Assembly: GCA_964558645.1 (NCBI GenBank)
Contig: CAZLEV010000004.1
Coordinates: 53,472-107,341, forward strand
Length of the DNA: 53,870 nucleotides
DNA from: an uncultured archaeon
GTDB taxonomy: Archaea; Asgardarchaeota; Thorarchaeia; Thorarchaeales; Thorarchaeaceae
Direction of reading: 5' to 3'
This document shows positions 47,991-53,870 of this stretch, one piece after another (positions within the stretch are counted from its first letter, which is position 1; every line of letters begins with the position of its first letter). The notes beneath the pieces are model-generated. The model made no database searches and was not told the DNA's origin. It saw nothing but the letters and a program-made list of their open reading frames with translations. A program made the position numbers and the translations under genes.

Positions 47991-50900
47991 CTCTAAATTC
48001 CCCTAATCTGGGATTCTCTTCTGCGACTATATCACGCTGAGCTATCGGAAACATGGCTGGATTCCTTTCAATTCCCTTAATCTGGGATTCTCTTCTGCGA
48101 CGTTGCGGGATCCCAACCGCTAGTATCCCTCACCATCCGCCTTTCAATTCCCTTAATCTGGGATTCTCTTCTGCGACTTGGCTACCGGACTCAGCAATTC
48201 ACAACTCCACTGTTACTCTTTCAATTCCCTTAATCTGGGATTCTCTTCTGCGACCTCCAGAGGATACCCTCCAGAGATAGGTATAGATCTTTCAATTCCC
48301 TTAATCTGGGATTCTCTTCTGCGACGCTTGAAGCCTTCTTTGAGAGGCATAAATCAAGCATCTCACTTTCAATTCCCTTAATCTGGGATTCTCTTCTGCG
48401 ACTCAATGATGTCATTTACACAGCCATTGGATGCCGTCTTTACTTTCAATTCCCTTAATCTGGGATTCTCTTCTGCGACTCGTACCATGACCTGAGCCAA
48501 ACCGCAACTTCACCGATCTTTCAATTCCCTTAATCTGGGATTCTCTTCTGCGACAGGATACGTCGCTGAAACCAGTCGGCGATACTATAGCGTCTTTCAA
48601 TTCCCTTAATCTGGGATTCTCTTCTGCGACCGATTCTTGCATTGGTCACAAGGTCGCTTAACTTAGGGTGCTTTCAATTCCCTTAATCTGGGATTCTCTT
48701 CTGCGACGAGGCAATCTCGTGAAAAGGAAATCAAGGAGCTCCAGACTTTCAATTCCCTTAATCTGGGATTCTCTTCTGCGACGGTCTATCGAAAACCGCG
48801 CATAAAAATGACTGCTGCGATCTTTCAATTCCCTTAATCTGGGATTCTCTTCTGCGACCCAGTCGCAGAGCAAGTTTCTGGTCGTCACGAATGCTCACTT
48901 TCAATTCCCTTAATCTGGGATTCTCTTCTGCGACCAAGGGACATGGTTCCTGTAAGCTCAAGTATTGCAACTGTTCTTTCAATTCCCTTAATCTGGGATT
49001 CTCTTCTGCGACCAAGCTGCACGGAGCAAGCTTGAGGAATGGCAGGAATGGCCTTTCAATTCCCTTAATCTGGGATTCTCTTCTGCGACAAGGCATGTAC
49101 ACATAAAGGGCGGGCATCACTTCTGTTACTTTCAATTCCCTTAATCTGGGATTCTCTTCTGCGACTTGAGAGAACGAAACAAAAGACCTACTCCAACGGT
49201 AAACTTTCAATTCCCTTAATCTGGGATTCTCTTCTGCGACCAACTGGGTGTTGAGGACACCGATGACATTCACGGAAAAGCTTTCAATTCCCTTAATCTG
49301 GGATTCTCTTCTGCGACCGACATGCTTGCCGACTTTAGCACACTAGCATAGACTGTCTCTTTCAATTCCCTTAATCTGGGATTCTCTTCTGCGACACTAC
49401 GAGGACGGCGTGATTAAGGCCGTGGTACTAGCCTTTCAATTCCCTTAATCTGGGATTCTCTTCTGCGACTTATTTCCCCGACGCAGCTCAGACTCAGGCC
49501 TGAGATGAGCTTTCAATTCCCTTAATCTGGGATTCTCTTCTGCGACTCAAGAAGATAAGACGTGATTACAACAGAGCTATAAGCAACTTTCAATTCCCTT
49601 AATCTGGGATTCTCTTCTGCGACCCAGTTGAAGTCAGCGATGCAACAGAACAACAGGTAGACTTTCAATTCCCTTAATCTGGGATTCTCTTCTGCGACGC
49701 ACCAGCATGCACACAGAGACCGTCCCATAACGTATATGCTTTCAATTCCCTTAATCTGGGATTCTCTTCTGCGACCCACCAATCTCTCAGGGAAGGGTGC
49801 TACATGTGGATATTCCCTTTCAATTCCCTTAATCTGGGATTCTCTTCTGCGACACTCTAGGCGGTTCCCGGCCGGTCGGTAGCTGCCAGCCACTTTCAAT
49901 TCCCTTAATCTGGGATTCTCTTCTGCGACAAAAGTTCGCAAAGGCCAGTACGGTCGCCATGATCGAGACTTTCAATTCCCTTAATCTGGGATTCTCTTCT
50001 GCGACTGGAGAAGACTGAGAACGGTGGTTCTGTAGCCCGTTTCATCTTTCAATTCCCTTAATCTGGGATTCTCTTCTGCGACGAGATCGTGGGCAAATAC
50101 GACACTAAACCGACATGGCTCTTTCAATTCCCTTAATCTGGGATTCTCTTCTGCGACGGGTCGGTGATGGGATAGAGGCGGAGTTCGAGGAGTCTGGCTT
50201 TCAATTCCCTTAATCTGGGATTCTCTTCTGCGACGAAGAGAAGAGAGCTGAGGCTGCAAAAGTCCCCACTACAACTTTCAATTCCCTTAATCTGGGATTC
50301 TCTTCTGCGACGGTAATTATTATTTCAATTCTCTCCCTCAAAGCACATCATCTTTCAATTCCCTTAATCTGGGATTCTCTTCTGCGACCCTCGCAACTCG
50401 AGGAGAAGGTGGACAGAGTCCTGGCCAACTTTCAATTCCCTTAATCTGGGATTCTCTTCTGCGACAGGAATGACTATCTAATTTATGGCATCAGGATAGG
50501 AGACTTTCAATTCCCTTAATCTGGGATTCTCTTCTGCGACTAGGCACTGGGGGAGAGCAGTCGCTTCCTGGTGACGTACACTTTCAATTCCCTTAATCTG
50601 GGATTCTCTTCTGCGACCAGGTGTACGGGCCATAGCAGTTGTTTGCCAGGATGTCCGCTTTCAATTCCCTTAATCTGGGATTCTCTTCTGCGACACAGCT
50701 GGAAAAGGTTCTCTGCCGAGTGCAGGACAGCTTTCAATTCCCTTAATCTGGGATTCTCTTCTGCGACTGAGGGTAGGGATGATTCTCCTCGACCCGTTCA
50801 AGACTTTCAATTCCCTTAATCTGGGATTCTCTTCTGCGACATCTACCTTGGCGTCGCAGTTGATTTGGCGGAGTGCCTCTTTCAATTCCCTTAATCTGGG

Positions 50901-53869
50901 ATTCTCTTCTGCGACTCCAGGAGACACAACCTGATCTCGTTCTTTTGAAATATTTCTTTCAATTCCCTTAATCTGGGATTCTCTTCTGCGACTTTGGATG
51001 TTCAGGATGTCCACGTAGATGCCCATCGTGCTTTCAATTCCCTTAATCTGGGATTCTCTTCTGCGACCGGAGGAGATGGCCGTGGCACAGTGTATGGCCA
51101 CAGAGCCTTTCAATTCCCTTAATCTGGGATTCTCTTCTGCGACCTCGACCCACTGCCCAGATGCGGGTGGGTCCTGACCAGCGTCTTTCAATTCCCTTAA
51201 TCTGGGATTCTCTTCTGCGACCGCAGTCTCCGGCTTCAATCCTCATGCGACCTATGGTGCTTTCAATTCCCTTAATCTGGGATTCTCTTCTGCGACTCAA
51301 ACAGATCTGTGTAGCCAATCTTCAACCACAGCCCTTTCAATTCCCTTAATCTGGGATTCTCTTCTGCGACCGTTACGAGCCTACTCCATACAGGAGTTAG
51401 AACAGCATGCTTTCAATTCCCTTAATCTGGGATTCTCTTCTGCGACGCCGATGCCGGCAATTCAAGCCAAAGGTCAGAGGAATCCCTTTCAATTCCCTTA
51501 ATCTGGGATTCTCTTCTGCGACAATCATCCCGAGGTCGTGGAGCTCGCCACCCGCAAGAACGCTTTCAATTCCCTTAATCTGGGATTCTCTTCTGCGACG
51601 TGGCCTTCGCAGTGATGTAGTCCGAACCGATACTGAAATCTTTCAATTCCCTTAATCTGGGATTCTCTTCTGCGACACTGATACGTGGGCTGATGATTCT
51701 GACGACTACGCTGTGATCTTTCAATTCCCTTAATCTGGGATTCTCTTCTGCGACTTCCTTCTGTGGATTAAAGGCAAAGGGATCGGACTTGGAATCTTTC
51801 AATTCCCTTAATCTGGGATTCTCTTCTGCGACGTACACAGAGAGCGTGGTGTTCCCCCAGTTGCTCTGCGTGGCTTTCAATTCCCTTAATCTGGGATTCT
51901 CTTCTGCGACCCCAGCCGGAGTAGGGCTGGCGGATCGACACGTGCTCAAGGTCTTTCAATTCCCTTAATCTGGGATTCTCTTCTGCGACCCCCGCAGACT
52001 CTTGGGAGATGAACGACACGGTAACGTCTTTCAATTCCCTTAATCTGGGATTCTCTTCTGCGACCTCTGAACGGGTCAGAAACAAGAATCTCAGGCAATT
52101 CCTCTTTCAATTCCCTTAATCTGGGATTCTCTTCTGCGACGCGACTGAGGATGTTTGGCATGCAAGCGTGAGTGTCTTCTTTCAATTCCCTTAATCTGGG
52201 ATTCTCTTCTGCGACTTCTCACGAAGGAGGATGCGCGACGCTTCCAGATGCCTTTCAATTCCCTTAATCTGGGATTCTCTTCTGCGACACTGAGGCGGAT
52301 CATGTTCGCGCGCATGTGGCAGTTCATCTTTCAATTCCCTTAATCTGGGATTCTCTTCTGCGACGAGCAACTGGCTGAGCTCATCCGGGTCAACGGCATC
52401 AACTTTCAATTCCCTTAATCTGGGATTCTCTTCTGCGACTCGGCTGTGATCACATCGAAGACCAGGATGGGCTCGTCTTTCAATTCCCTTAATCTGGGAT
52501 TCTCTTCTGCGACAGATGGGGGATAATCCCCCGCTGTTCGAGACGATCACCTCTTTCAATTCCCTTAATCTGGGATTCTCTTCTGCGACTCCTTGTATAT
52601 CTGGAACGAAATGGAGAGATACAACAACTTTCAATTCCCTTAATCTGGGATTCTCTTCTGCGACGCTAAGAGCGAGCTATCGATAGCATTCAACTGTGCT
52701 GCTTTCAATTCCCTTAATCTGGGATTCTCTTCTGCGACTCGTTTCGAGTAGGAACGACGTTTTCCCGAACTGGTACTTTCAATTCCCTTAATCTGGGATT
52801 CTCTTCTGCGACCTTGCTTCTCGAAACGGGAATCGAAGCACACCACCGCACTTTCAATTCCCTTAATCTGGGATTCTCTTCTGCGACCACTTGCTAGTCG
52901 ATCAGAGGTGTAAAGTCGGTGTCCCTCTTTCAATTCCCTTAATCTGGGATTCTCTTCTGCGACCAATCTCAGGGGGTTGATGAGTCTGGCGAAGATAGCT
53001 TTCAATTCCCTTAATCTGGGATTCTCTTCTGCGACGAGTGAGACTGACCTTCGAGGGGAAAGACCAATAACTTTCAATTCCCTTAATCTGGGATTCTCTT
53101 CTGCGACCGCAGGACAAAGAACATCTCGAAAGGGCTCATAAAGTGCTCTTTCAATTCCCTTAATCTGGGATTCTCTTCTGCGACGCGGACGATCTGCGGC
53201 GCTGTCGAGTCCTCGATGAAGGCTTTCAATTCCCTTAATCTGGGATTCTCTTCTGCGACGTTAATTCGACTGGGTCTGTGTTGGAGACCTACTACATCTT
53301 TCAATTCCCTTAATCTGGGATTCTCTTCTGCGACAATGTAGGCGGACTGGACGGCGAGCTGGACGAGACACGCCTTTCAATTCCCTTAATCTGGGATTCT
53401 CTTCTGCGACCTAGGAAGAGGAAAGAGTCGCACACCATCGTACCGGGGATACTTTCAATTCCCTTAATCTGGGATTCTCTTCTGCGACTGAGAAAGCGGT
53501 TGAGGTTGATTTCGACACCCTCATCTGGGACTTTCAATTCCCTTAATCTGGGATTCTCTTCTGCGACGGTTGTTATTGTTCGTTGAATGGATGTTGTTGT
53601 ATGTTCTTTCAATTCCCTTAATCTGGGATTCTCTTCTGCGACGTACCAGGGAATGTACGGGAACCAATAGCGGAACCAGTGATCTTTCAATTCCCTTAAT
53701 CTGGGATTCTCTTCTGCGACCTTACTGAAGATAGTGAGCTTAAAAAGAAATTGGCTGAACTTTCAATTCCCTTAATCTGGGATTCTCTTCTGCGACTTTT
53801 TATTGTATTTGTGATGTTGGTGTTGCAGAGATCTTTCAATTCCCTTAATCTGGGATTCTCTTCTGCGAC
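47991..53869 (-). CRISPR. CRISPR array 3, repeat type B GTCGCAGAAGAGAATCCCAGATTAAGGGAATTGAAAG, about 78 repeats/77 spacers; leader end cut off by the window end
   Basis: Exact repeats with a period of about 76 nt; degenerate trailer repeat at 47991-48027. Confidence 0.98.
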
Positions 53870-53870
53870 C

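Noticed and set aside
1-53870. Self-targeting spacers
   Set aside because: None spotted by eye, but this is not exhaustive and needs an alignment of spacers against the genome.

Overview
Archaeal DNA, probably Asgard/Thorarchaeia-like (inferred from TATA promoters, GGAGGTGA-type SD sites and gene content; no marker gene is present). There are three CRISPR arrays with 37-nt repeats ending ATTGAAAG: array 1 at 1-1789 (+, 24 repeats), array 2 at 29082-31916 (-, 38 repeats, leader present) and array 3 at 47991-53869 (-, about 78 repeats, a 3-nt repeat variant). About 27 kb of housekeeping/accessory genes lie between arrays 1 and 2: an Opp/Dpp ABC transporter, a PflX-like radical SAM protein, a PAS histidine kinase, purB, an ABC-2 exporter, regulators and several motif-degenerate enzyme paralogs. 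Between arrays 2 and 3 is a crenarchaeal-style type III-D effector operon (Cas11, Cas7, Cas7-Cas7 fusion, an unknown 106-aa protein, Cas10, Cas7, Cys-rich Cas5, Cas7). Its Cas10 has an intact GGDD cyclase motif but an eroded HD motif. A Csa3-like CARF-wHTH gene and a TIGR02710-like CARF-HEPN gene sit beside it. The most novel-looking part is an island of unfused signalling parts at 43867-47635: two divergently transcribed paralogous half-SAVED proteins, a solo PD-(D/E)XK nuclease, and a solo Crn1-like CARF gene overlapping a solo PIN nuclease gene. No cas1/2/4/6 is in the window. All calls come from reading motifs by eye, and all counts are manual.
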